DNA of 64,000 nucleotides from Eledone cirrhosa. Its lineage: Eukaryota. Of the stretch, positions 13,359-64,000 are shown one piece after another (positions within the stretch are counted from its first letter, which is position 1; each line of letters starts with the position of its first letter). Location: the NCBI GenBank assembly GCA_964016885.1, contig OZ024744.1, forward strand, positions 59,334,001 through 59,398,000. The letters are read 5' to 3'. Made by a program: the position numbers and the translations under genes. The notes below the pieces were generated by a model, which saw only the letters and a program-made list of their open reading frames with translations, was not told the origin of the DNA and did no database searches.

Positions 13359-13647
13359 ATATATATATATATTATATATATATTATATATATATATATAT
13401 TAATTATTTATTAAAATAACAGATTAAAGTTTAAGCAAAGAATCGCTGCTTTCACCCTTAACGGGATCTTCTGAAACTAGTTTTTTTCAGAAGATCCCAT
13501 TAAGGGTGAAAGCAGCGATTCTTTGCTTAAACTTTAATCTGTTATTTTAATAAATATTTGCTTTACGGTTCTTATATATTTGATATATATTTATCCTTAT
13601 CGAGCCCTCTTTGGATTTTAATCTTCAATTTTATTATTATTACTATA

Positions 13648-13831
<184 letters not shown>

Positions 13832-13839
13832 ATATATAT

Positions 13840-13888
<49 letters not shown>

Positions 13889-14157
13889 TATATCATAAAA
13901 CGTGTCTATAGAATCAATCAGATATTAAAATATATACTATTTCTTTCTCTAATCAGCATAATCAACCATATACATAATCAAATCCAGCAAGCTTTAAGAG
14001 TAAATAATATCTGATTGATTCTATAGACACGTTTTATTATGTAATGCTCTGATCTTTTGATTTTAACTTATTAATTCTTCATTGAGCTTAAAAGTGAACA
14101 GTTGCAACACATATATGTATCATTGATTTAATTTAATTTTATGTATGTGATAACCTC

Positions 14158-14189
<32 letters not shown>

Positions 14190-14190
14190 A

Positions 14191-14307
<117 letters not shown>

Positions 14308-14393
14308 ATATATATTATATATATATATATATTATATATATATTATATATATATATATATTATATATATATTATATATATATATATATTATAT

Positions 14394-14717
14394 AGGGTAC
14401 CCGACCTCCCATGGGTACATGCTGAAGCATATAAACAATATGCCCCCATTCCCCCCACCGCAAGGTGGTCGTGGAGGTGCCACGGCAAAAAAGCACCCAG
14501 CCGACACTGTAAAGTGGACGTGTAGGCGCCACAAAAAAGCACCCAGCATTCACTGTAAATGAGGTTGGTGTTAGGAAGGGCATCCAGCTGTAGAAATCAA
14601 GCCAGATCAGTTCCTGTATGAGCAAGGCATGGTCAGCCGACCAGACACTGCCCACACCAGGACAACCCGTCTAACCCATGCTAGCGTGGAAGAACGGACG
14701 TAAAACGGTGATGATGA
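14394..14717 (+). mobile_element. RTE 3' UTR copy, near-identical inverted partner of 12740-13058
   Basis: Sequence read as the reverse complement of 12740-13058 with few substitutions. Confidence 0.85.
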
Positions 14718-14749
14718 TATATATATATATATTATATATATATATATAT

Positions 14750-14781
<32 letters not shown>

Positions 14782-14787
14782 ATATAT

Positions 14788-14839
<52 letters not shown>

Positions 14840-15004
14840 ATATATATATATTATATATATATATATTATATATATTATATATATTATATATATATATATA
14901 TTATATATATATATATATATAATATACAAGGGCGGTGCCCCAGCATGGCCTCAGCCGGATGGCTGAAACAGGTAAAAGAGTAAAAGAGTATTATATATAT
15001 ATAT

Positions 15005-15036
<32 letters not shown>

Positions 15037-15061
15037 ATATATTATATATATATATATATAT

Positions 15062-15204
<143 letters not shown>

Positions 15205-15212
15205 ATATATAT

Positions 15213-15307
<95 letters not shown>

Positions 15308-15326
15308 ATATATTATATATATATAT

Positions 15327-15394
<68 letters not shown>

Positions 15395-15498
15395 ATATTA
15401 TATATAATGAAAAATTGAACAGGGACAGAACAGAGAGGCAGTACGATAAATATTTATTAAATTCACGCTCAGGAGAGTGGGGATATATATATATATAT

Positions 15499-16403
15499 AA
15501 TCTAGCTAAGACAAAAGTGTTGATGAGTAGAAAAGAGGACAAAACCCTGATTCCGTCAGGGAAATGGCCATGTTCGATATGCAGAAAAGGAACTGGCATA
15601 AATTCTATAAAATGCACACAATGTAGGTCCTGGGTACACAAGAGATGTAGCGGGATAGCAGGCAAACTAACAGGTAGGGAGAAATATGTATGCAGTAGAT
15701 GTACAGGGAAATTAGACAGTAGAAGTCGCACTGATAGACACATTTTTCAAATGCGAGAGGGCGCTATAGAAGTGGTGGATAGCTTCCGGTGCCTAGGAGA
15801 TGAGATTAGCATGGGAGGAGGGTGTTCCGAGGCCATAGTATCTAGAATAAGGACGGGTTGGAAGAAGTTTAGGGAGCTGCTTCCTCTGTTGACGATGAAG
15901 GGTTTCTCCCTGCGTACGAAAGGCCGGTTGTATGATGCCTGTGTGAGGAGCGCGATGCTGCATGGTAGTGAGACATGGGCAGCTACCGCAGAAGATATGC
16001 GACGGCTGGAGAGAAATGAGGCAAGCATGCTCCGTTGGATGTGCAGTGTAAATGTGCGTGAACGACCCAGCATAAATGTGTTGAGAGAGAAACTGTGTCT
16101 GAGAGGGATAGAATGTAGTGTACGGGAGAAGAGACTGAGGTGGTATGGACATGTGATGCGCATGGAGGATGACCGATGGGTGAAGAAGTGCCAGGAAATG
16201 CCAGTTGAAGGAAGACGTGGTAGAGGTAGACCACGAAAAACATGGGCGGAGGTGGTGAGAACAGACCTCAGATCATTGAAGCTCACGGTGGAGATGACGA
16301 GGGACCGTGACGAGTGGAGAGATGCTGTGCTGAATAAGACCCGTCCCACCCTTGCAAGCAGGGAAAAGCGGACGTAAAATGATGATGATGATGATGATGA
16401 TGA
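15499..16403 (+). mobile_element. RTE-clade LINE 3' fragment, open ORF2 C-terminus with PHD-like finger
   Basis: NLAKTKVL..WPCSICRKG..CTQCRSWVHKRC..YVCSRC..GSETW..RLRWYGHVMRM..GRPRKTW; (GAT)n tail; flanked by (TA)n. Confidence 0.92.
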
Positions 16404-16420
16404 TATATATTATATATATA

Positions 16421-16466
<46 letters not shown>

Positions 16467-17031
16467 ATATATATATATATTATATATATTATATATATAT
16501 ATATATTAATATATATATTATATATATATAATATATACTATATATATATATATATATATTATTATATTATTATTATAGTGTTATTGTGACATCTATATTG
16601 TTTGTGTAAATTAACCGGAGATTATCTATTATATTATATTATATATTATATAATTATATAGTTTATTATATATTATATGTGTTACTTTTAATCATTTCAT
16701 TACTTCATGTTATACTGGTATATTAGATATATGGTATTATTTTTATTCCTATTATGCCTTATTTATATTTAAACTCTTAATATGGTTTAATTTGTGCTGT
16801 TAATGATGGAAATGTGTATTGATGAATATGTATATGTGCGTACGTGTGCGTATATATATACATATGTATATTGTGCCTTTAATTTTAATTTTAATATTGT
16901 TACAAGTATATTATATTATATTATATTGTATTACATATAGTACTATAATTCCCGCTCTATATAACCACCTTTGTTTAGCGCTAGTTTTCTGCTTTGGACT
17001 ATATTTGTAATATGGTTCAAAATGTTATCCA

Positions 17032-17231
17032 NNNNNNNNNNNNNNNNNNNNNNNNNNNNNNNNNNNNNNNNNNNNNNNNNNNNNNNNNNNNNNNNNNNNN
17101 NNNNNNNNNNNNNNNNNNNNNNNNNNNNNNNNNNNNNNNNNNNNNNNNNNNNNNNNNNNNNNNNNNNNNNNNNNNNNNNNNNNNNNNNNNNNNNNNNNNN
17201 NNNNNNNNNNNNNNNNNNNNNNNNNNNNNNN
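17032..17231. other. assembly gap (200 N)
   Basis: Run of N. Confidence 1.
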
Positions 17232-18582
17232 ATATAGATAATATGAAAGCACAAATGTTTAAAGTTTCATCGTCCCATGGTGACCTTCTCACATGAAGTA
17301 CATTGGAAGGTTGCAGAGTAATTTAAGTGTCTATCTATTGTTGTATATGAATCAAACAGGTGCTGGACTATCAGTTGCCAGAAAATTGTTTTTAAAATCT
17401 TATAATTCTTGGCTTATATATACATTCTTTTATTCTTTTATTCGGGCACAACCTTGAAGGGATTTAGTCAATTATATGGACCTTTGTATTTATTATTGTA
17501 ATCAGGTACTTGTTTTTTCAATGTTTATTTGTTGAACCACTAAGTTATGGGACATAAACTAACACAAATGTGGACACTCACATACACACACATGTGCACA
17601 ATACAAATCTCTACAGTCTTCATCCACCAAATTTAATTCACAAAGCACTGGCCAACCTGGGGATGTAGTAAACATGTATGTAGGGGTGCCACACATTGGG
17701 TTAAACCTGAAACCATACGGCAGTAGATTGGAAAAAATCATTAAAGTGTTAGACAAAATGCCTTAAGGTATTTTGTTATGGCTATTTACGTTCTGTGTTC
17801 AAATCCCACTGATGTCAATTTTGCCTTTCATCTTTTCAGGGTAGATGAAATAAAGTACTGGGGGTAATTTAATTGAGTTACACACCTACCTTAAATAGGC
17901 CTCCTCCTCCTCCTCCTCCCACTTATTCGTGAGAGGGTTGTAGAGGCAGAGTCCTCAAACACTCGTTCCAGCAGGTCCTGTTAGAAGCAACCATCCCCAA
18001 GTGAGACCAACCAAGCACATGTTATCCAACCATTTTGCTCAGGGTCTATCCTGGATCTCCTGCTGGTTGGTTTTGCCTGTAAAATCTGTCCAGTGATTCT
18101 TTCTTGAGACATTCAAACCACATGTCCATAACATTGGAGCTGTGATCTATCAATTTGGAGAAGTAGTGGCTCTACTTAGAGTGACTCTCTGATGTCCGAG
18201 CTATGCTCTCTATTGATTAACATTACTCCAAAGACCCTTCAGAGAAATCCTATTTCAGCTGCTTGTATTCTTGATCGTATTTATTACCAAAGATTCAAGT
18301 GCCTTAATTTTTATTATCATTGTTAGGGCAGTGGATTGTCAGAATCACTAGGGTGTCAGACAAAATGCTTTGTGGCATTTGTTATGACTTTCTGTGTTCT
18401 GGGTTCAAATCCTGCCAGGGTCAACTTTGTCTTTCATCCTTTCAGGGTCATTAAAATAATGAACCGGTAAAGTACTGGGGACGATTTAATTGAATTTCCC
18501 CTCCCCTCAAAATTGTTGACCGTGTGTCTAAATCAGAAACCATTGTAATAATTATTACTATTATTATTATAAATATTTATAG

Positions 18583-54327
<35,745 letters not shown>

Positions 54328-54804
54328 TATAATGCTCATTAAATAAACCAAACACACAGAGAGACTGTCCACTTTCAATAAGAATCTACTGGGAGGGATC
54401 ACAGCATATATAAATGTACTCACTTGTCTCAGACGGTGCAATGGAACAATAAAAAAAACACCCCCCAAAAAAACAACAACAAAACAAAGACATGTTTAAA
54501 AAAACATACAACATGAACAGAGTGCGTATCTATAAATCTAAATAGACAAACAACAAATATAACAAAGACAACAAGACAACAACACAGTGGTCTACCTTCT
54601 GACCAACACAGTGGATGAAATCTAAACATATAAGCACAACACACAGATGTCCATTTCCCAAGATCAACCAACTCAGTGGACTGATGATATATAGCTTAAA
54701 GAAAAAATCCACTTTAATCAGTCAGACTATCTAATGAAAAAGAAAAAGAAACAAACACTATATATACACACAGGCACACACACACACACACACATATGTA
54801 TATG

Positions 54805-54835
<31 letters not shown>

Positions 54836-55039
54836 ATGTATATATATATGCAAAGAATTTATTGAAATAATAATGAAATATGAGAATGTGAAAAAAAAAC
54901 CTTTAAAAAATTAAAATATGCTGATAAAAAAATAAGAAGAAAAGGAATTAAATACTCTCCCGCCCCAACCCCTTTAAAAAAACTTTCCAAGTATAATATA
55001 AAAATATGTTGTGGGATGGGATATTAATGGTAAACATGC

Positions 55040-56648
<1,609 letters not shown>

Positions 56649-56861
56649 CTTGCCAGCCATATCATTGGAATATATTAGCTATGCTTCAGTTCTCTTTCTG
56701 ATTGTTTTTTTTTCCTTTCTATGAATATATGGATATGAAAATATTCTCTAGAGTTGATTTACACACGCACACACACACATGCACACACTCACACATGCAC
56801 ACACATATATTCATGTGTATATGTGAGTGTGTTTATATATTTATAGATATGTATATACATG

Positions 56862-56916
<55 letters not shown>

Positions 56917-56969
56917 TTGCACTTACACAACATGTATACATATATATGTATGTATGTGTGTGTGTGTAC

Positions 56970-57015
<46 letters not shown>

Positions 57016-57178
57016 CTCATGCTGATACTTTACATACGCAAAACTTCCCAGTTGGTCCCAGTTGTTTTTGTTTTGTTTTTTCTGTTGAAGAAGTAAAGCA
57101 ATCGTGTTGAAGACATACCAGTAATTCTATTGTTCCACAACTGAATATATATCAATTATTATCATTATAAATAATATA

Positions 57179-57232
<54 letters not shown>

Positions 57233-58964
57233 TTCCCTTATTGTCTACAGTTCATCATTTTTCTTTTTGAAGATGATGATGAGGATTATGATGCTCCTGT
57301 GGCAATAACTGTTAAAACGCTAAAAACAAAAAAAACGACCCTTTCACCACCACACCTCCATCCTCTTCCCCACTCCCCAAATCTGAAGATACTCCTCTCC
57401 CTCCACGTCCTTCACTACCTTCCCCCACCCCTTCTAGGAAAAAAAAAATGAATATAAAAGTAAATAAATGAAATCAAATTTAAAAAAAAAAAGGTAATGA
57501 AATTATATAATAAAATGTAAAGTACACCACTAAATATTCTTGGTATTTTTTTCACTATTATTGAAGAAATGGAAGATTTAAAGGAAGAATTAAAATTTGT
57601 TTCTATTTATTCATCTTCTGAGTTTAGAACCAAAAAAAAAAATCTTCGAACCTCGAACCAAATCCCGAAATCTCTTTTTTTTTCTTCTTTTTTTTTAATA
57701 TGTATCTGAAGATTATATATATATTGAATATATTACTCTCTCTTGGTATTTTGAATTTTGCCGTTATTTGTTGAACATGGTACCTACGAAACTCAGAGTA
57801 GCAGCAGAAAGTAATCTCAATAATATACTTTTTTAAATATTCAATAATTTCTACTTTGGTAGAAACACATATTCAAACACTTTTTCCACATGCTTTAAAA
57901 TTCAGATGTATGGATACTTTGTCTTATACTGTTTCGGCAGGGAGTGAAGGGCAGTGCCTGCGACCAATTTCAAGGACTCTGCGACTGTGGGTGTAGTGAA
58001 GGAAATGAGGTTTGCTTCCCCCTCTCTCTTTCTCTCTCTCTCTCTCTCTTCTTTTCCTTCCTTATTAGAGAACAGGAAGGTAATATATATATTTATACAC
58101 GCACACACACATACATATACATACATACATGCATGTATGTATGCAATAACTTTAACAACAAAAATTGTTAATCAGATATTAAATCATTAAATAAATAAAC
58201 CAGAAATTTTAAATGACGAAAAATAAATATATATATATATATAGGACAATGGGTTGGGTTGGGGTCAAATATTCTTGACTATTTTCATTTATTTTATTTT
58301 ATTTTATTTTATTTTGTTTTGTTTTGTTTTGTTTTGTTTTGATTTATTTATTTATTTTTTACCCATTTTCTTCAAATTTGAGTGTTCTGCCCATTATTTT
58401 TGACATTGCAAAAAAAAAAAAACAAAAAAAAAGCCACAAACGGATTATTTTTCTTAAATGGACAAATTTGGAAGAATTAAAAAAAAATTTGGAAATTTCT
58501 GTGTTATAAATAATATGGAAACTGGTTATTTCCTTGTTGTTAACTGAAATAAATAACTAAATTAAATCATTTTTTTAAAACATGAACAATTAAGCCAATA
58601 TATTAAATATATTTATAAATTATAAAAATAAACCATAATAATAGCAATGCTGGTTAATATATAATATGATATAAAATAATAATATAAAATGATATGTGGA
58701 GTGGAATAATAAATATATAATAAAAACATTATTTGGAGAAAGTTAAATTAATTTATTCTTTTACTCTTTTACACTGGATTCAGTCATTGAACTGTAGTCA
58801 TGATGGAGAACTGCCTTGAAGGGTTTGTGTTGATTGTATTAACCCCAGTACATTTTTTTTTTAAGTGTGGTAATTATTTTATCAATCTGTATTTGTCAAA
58901 CCACTGTATCATTGGACATAAAATAGTAAACACAAACACTAACATAAGTATGCATATATATATT

Positions 58965-60108
58965 ATCATCATCACCATTTTACATCCATTCTTCCACGCT
59001 AGCATGAGTTAGACGGGTTGTCCTGTTGTGGGCAATGTTAGCTTGGCTGACCTTGTCTTGATCGTACGGGAACTGATTCTGGCTTGATTTCTACAGCTGG
59101 ATGCCCTTCCTAACACCAACCTCATTTACAGTGAGTGCTGGGTGTTTTTTTTCCATGGCGCCTACACAACCACTTTACAGTGTGGTTTGGATGCCTTTTT
59201 GTTGTGACACCTCCATGACCACTTTGCAGAAGGAGGGGATGGGGGCATATTGTCTATATATGCTTCGGCTTTGGCTTGTTCCCGTGGGAAGTCGGGTCTT
59301 CTGTATTACTGCGTGATGCCAGAGGTCATGGTCCTGTGTCATTGCCCTTGAGAGGGGCAATTGGGTAAGGTCTGCTTATATCACCTCATCCCAAGTCTTC
59401 CTGGGTCTCCTCATTCCATGGTTTCCATCAACTTTTAGTGCTCTGCACCTTTTTATGCAGCTGTCATCCTTTATACACATCACATGTCCATACCAACGCA
59501 ACCTCCTCTCCTGCACACCATTTTATTCCTCTTATGCTCAGTCTCTCTCTCTCAATTCATTTATGCTTTGCTGTTCGCATATATTATTATTACACATCCT
59601 TACGTGGTCGATAAAATAAAGTACCAGTAATGCACTGGGTAATTGCTGGCTTTGTGCCAAAAGTAGAAACAATTATTATTACACATCCATTGGAGCATGC
59701 AAGCTTCGTTTCTTTCTAATTTATGCAAGTCTTCTGCACACAACGCCCAGTTCTCACTACCATGTAACATTGCTGTTTGTATGCATCATACAGTCAGTCT
59801 GCCTTTCATTTTGAGGGAAAATCCTTTTGCAGCTAGCTGTGGCAGTAGTTCCCTGAACTTCTTCCATCCCATTCTTACCCTGGTACTGTACTTTCAGAAC
59901 ACCCACCTCCGCTGCTAATTCCGTCACCTAGGTAGCAAAAGCTGTCTACTGTTTCTACAGAGCCCTCTCACAGTTTGGTGGTGCTTGTTTCCTGTGGCTG
60001 TTTGCTGCTACATTTAAAGCCTACATTCTTAACTAAGCTTCCTGAGATCCCACTACATCTCTTGTGTACCCATAGTTTGCATTTGGGGCAGAGGGTGGAA
60101 TTCCTACC
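58965..60108 (-). mobile_element. RTE-clade LINE 3' part, with a nested truncated SINE (59600-59671)
   Basis: Same family as 12722-13308; SINE flanked by the 17-bp duplication attattattacacatcc (59583-59599 / 59672-59688). Confidence 0.88.
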
Positions 60109-60941
60109 TACATATATATATTTATATTTATATTTATATAGTGAATTGGGAAAAACACCTCAGTTGTGCCATAGACATGACATCTCCCTAGACTTTGAAT
60201 AGGCATACATATATGTAATATATGACAGGCATATGCACAGTATATGATGCTGATGATATATTTATGGTCCCATAACTCCTGATAGAGTCGTAGGGGTGCC
60301 GAATTGACATACTTCTTAAGCATTTTAAGCCTGGCGGAGCCCATCTGTCTCCAGGCCTGAGTACAACAGATTTCTTCAAGAGAGAGGAAGAATCTACCCC
60401 AGTACTAGACTGGTATTTTTTTTATCGACCTCGAAAGAATGAAAGGTAAAGTTGACATCGGCGGGATTTGAACTCAGAGAGCCGGAACGAGTACCATAAA
60501 GCATTCTATCTGACAAGACCGACAATTCGGCAGTAAAGTTAGATAAATTCTGGTTTAGTACCCTACAAAGTTTATTTTATATTTGTGGAGAGATAGGGGG
60601 GCATATTAAAGCGTGTAGAAGATAGTAATTGTTTCTATTTTTGGCACAAGGCCAGCAATTACCCAGTGTATTACTGGTACTTTATTTTATCGACCCTGTA
60701 AGGATGAAAGGCAAAGTTAACCTCGGCGGGATGTGCACTCAGAATGGCAAGGGCCGTAACTCTATGCGTCAAAGCATGGCGTCCGACCCTCTACCGATAC
60801 TGCCAATCCACCGACCGCCGAGATAGTAAATAATAACGCCAAAAGAATAATATGGACAGAACGAAGTTCCGAGAAAGAAAAGACTAGATTAGATTCTAGA
60901 AGGACATGTATATATCTATATATATATAGGTATATATGTAT

Positions 60942-61262
60942 GCGGAGCCAATATCGCTAGCAACTACAGGATCCTCTACTTCCTCTCAATGGTTATGCGC
61001 CCCATAATCAAGATGTCCCCAGATGTATGTGACAGTACAGAGGACCTCCTCAGCAGAATCAATGAGTGCAACAAAAACAAAAACCTATCTAACTGCATAA
61101 TAGGCAGTATGGATGTGGTATCACTGTACCCATCCATTAACATTGATTTTGCTGTGAAAAAATGTGTGGAGATGATCATTGAGAGTGAAGTGGAGTACTG
61201 CGATGTCGACACAGACGAACTGGGCCTCCTACTTAGACTTACCTACGACACTGACTACCTAA
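60942..61262 (+). mobile_element. Penelope-like element RT fragment
   Basis: CDSTEDLLSRI..IIGSMDVVSLYPSI resembles the PLE RT motif S.DV.SLY..I. Confidence 0.7.
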
Positions 61263-61655
61263 GATAGAATACAATAACCAAAACACAGTCACCCAAACGC
61301 AAACACATACACCAAACACTATACACAAACGCAAACGCATGCGCAGAGAAGACAAAAATAAATAAATAAACAGATAAAATAAAAATGGCGTAGACATACA
61401 ATACAACAGGAGGAACATAATAGCACCACTGATGATGTTGCAGATGTGCAACGAAAGAACTTTGTTAGTTAGACTATATATATGTCTTTACATCTGTATT
61501 TTTGACCGTTGGTCAGTCAGTGATAAACATTGAGGACCAAATTAATTAACTGTGGAGATATAAAAGATACAGAAGCGAAAACCAACCAAACAGTGAGTGT
61601 GTTCTGTTATCATTTCTGGCAATATTATTACAACAATATGACCCTCACCAAGTAT

Positions 61656-61717
<62 letters not shown>

Positions 61718-62714
61718 AAGTATGTATGTATACGTACATACATATATGTATACAGACGTACAGTAGTATGTATATATATATACATACATGTACACATATA
61801 TATGTACATTTATTATAATGTTCGGTGTGTTTGTAAACAAACAGCCCGAATTAAGCCGTACAGTGTTTAGCAACCATCGTTGCCCTTTTGTTCAACACTG
61901 ACAAAGGAACGATGTACTCGTTTCAAGCTTATTAGCTATCGTCAGCATCGTATACCTTCCTGCCAGATGATTTAAAGTCTGAAAGTATATACTTTCCTTA
62001 TACATACATACTTATATTTAAGCTTTGACGTTGAATGGCACCACTATGCAAAGAAGCCAGTTGGTATCCAGTACTGGATGGCACCGATACGAGGAGCCTA
62101 ACCCATCTCACTGCGTAGCCATAGTTTCGTGGGCCAGTATCGAATGGCTCCACCATGATGAGGAACAGGCCAGTTGGCTCTGCCGAACCCATCTCACAGC
62201 GTAACCATAGTTTAGGGGCATGATACTAGATGACGCTGCTATGAGTAAGGATAGGTGCAGAACTGCAGTATGAGAAGGGACAGGCGGATATGGTCGTGTT
62301 GAACCCCTCCCACAGTGGTACACCAGTTTCGGAGCCGGGCACTCTCCATGCAACAAACCATTCTCAATACGAAACCACATTTTGGGAGCCTAGAACTGCG
62401 TGGCACGACTATGAGGAGGGGCAGGCCAGTCGGCTGCGCCGAACCCTACACACAGCAGCCCCCAGTTTCGGAACTGGGCTCCTTTCCATGCCATGAGCCT
62501 TTCTCAGTATGAAACCTCAGCCCTTCACAAGATCACATCTAACTTCTGGAGCACCGCACTGGATGACCGCAATGAAACTCTCGTGGACCTGCCATTAACC
62601 TTGTTTGCGGTGTGGGGATGGGCGGCGCCATTTCGATCCGATTCCGGCGTTGAGGTGTTGGAATGGGTCTTTTGTTGAACATTGTAGCGTCAGAGGACTT
62701 GGTCATGTGTCATC

Positions 62715-63580
62715 CCCATTGGGAGATTTAGTTGAGTCAGGTCTGACCTTATTGTTTCATCCCATGTCTTCCTGGGTCTTCCTCTCTTGCAACTCTTAAA
62801 GCCCTACCCCTCTTCAAGCGCATCACATGACCATACTACTGCAGTCTTCCCTCTTGCCCACAACATTTGATCCCTCTCATACCTAGTTTCACTCGTAATA
62901 CATTAACACTTTACCGTTCACGTACACTTCTGTTACACATCCATCTGCTCATATATGCTTCGTTTATTTCCAGCCTCCATAAGTCCTCGGTATGCAGAGC
63001 CCATGTTTCACTACTATCTTGCATTGCTGAGTGCACGCAGGCATCGTACAGCTTGCCTTTTATCTTAAGTGAGATACCCTTTGTAGTTAACAGCCGCAGC
63101 AGCTCCCTGACCTTTTCCCAACCTGTTCTTACTCTCACAACTGTACTTTCTGCACTGCCACCCCCGCAGCTGATTTGGTGCCCCAGAAGCTATCAACTAT
63201 TTCTATGTGGTCTTCTGTGCATTTGAAGGGGCATGCTACCTGAGGGTTTTTGCCTACCGTCCCTGCACGGTTAACATATGTAGTCTGTGTTTTTCACCAA
63301 TCTGCCTGTTTTCCCACTACATCACTTGTGTACCCACCGTCTGCATTTGGTGTACTGGATAGAGTTTCTGCCCACTCCTTTCTTACATACCAAACTAGGC
63401 CATTTTCCAGAAGGTATAACAGCTCTGTTTCCTCTACTGCTCAAAGGATTTTGGTCTTGGACAAGTTGATTTTGAGGCCTTTTGTTTCCAAGTTGTGCCT
63501 CCATCTCTGAATTTTATTCTTTAACTCTGCCATAGACTCAGCTATCAGGGTAAGGTCGTCGTTGTATAGCAATTGCCACA
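62715..63580 (-). mobile_element. RTE-clade LINE fragment
   Basis: Minus: LLYNDDLTL, PSGKWP..KGVGRNSI..KCRRWVHK, RVRTGWEKVRELL..KGKLYDAC. Confidence 0.85.
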
Positions 63581-63599
63581 GTCAACGGATCGTAAATTC

Positions 63600-64000
63600 T
63601 TCCGTTAAATCAATAGAATTCAGCAACCCTGTGCGCATCGCCTTCATTGACTTCACAAAAGCTTTTGACAACATCAAACTACCCAGTTTGTGGCAACTCT
63701 TAAACAAAACCTTAATTAACAAGAAATACATCAACCTACTGAAAGAAACTAACACCAACTCAACAGTATATATCAAAACAGATTTGGGAACTACACGGTG
63801 TATAGACATATTGAAGGGGGAAGTACTATCAGCACTTCTTTTCTGTATAGTTATAATTGCACTTATTTGCCAAACTGAAGAAGAATGCTCCTCCGACTAT
63901 CAAATAGGAGATAAAAGCCTATCAAATCTTAGCTATGCAGACGATATGGCTATCATGAGTTACTCTACAACTGATCTGCAAGACTTTCTGAATGTACGGG
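63600..64000 (+). mobile_element. non-LTR RT fragment (runs off window)
   Basis: IAFIDFTKAFDNI..LSALLFC..SNLSYADDM. Confidence 0.8.

Noticed and set aside
13488-13516. Active hammerhead in the 13405-13556 palindrome, and the one at 27625-27660
   Set aside because: Core is CAGAAGA or stem III/cleavage site is degenerate, with no clear stem I; kept only as relics.
16943-17296. ORFs containing X runs
   Set aside because: They span the N gap.

Overview
AT-rich, repeat-dense eukaryotic (animal) genomic DNA with one 200-N assembly gap (17032-17231). The SINE/RTE repertoire and very long (TA)n arrays suggest a coleoid cephalopod such as octopus; this is inference. The only host gene I can support is the 3' part of a JIP3/JIP4 (MAPK8IP3/SPAG9/sunday driver/UNC-16) scaffold gene on the + strand. 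Nine GT-AG exons (18583-54327) encode the C-terminal WD40-like region; one exon shows an apparent 1-nt deletion, and there are candidate alternative exons. Introns hold RTE-clade LINEs (with a PHD-like finger in ORF2), CR1/L2, R4/Dong-like, Tx1-like and Penelope-like fragments, tRNA-derived SINEs, a mariner relic and a TTAA-flanked piggyBac. Most notable observations: (i) several minimal type-I hammerhead ribozyme motifs, most inside long fold-back inverted repeats next to (TA)n tracts, one with a compensatory U3-A8 core; (ii) a 78 x 21-bp minisatellite grown from the first codons of the piggyBac transposase and abutting a CR1-type RT insertion; (iii) a 115-bp templated insertion into a SINE copied from 7.2 kb away; (iv) a CpG/CCGGAAG-rich candidate internal first exon and a frame-preserving 51-nt cassette exon for the JIP gene. 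All coordinates and folds were read by eye.
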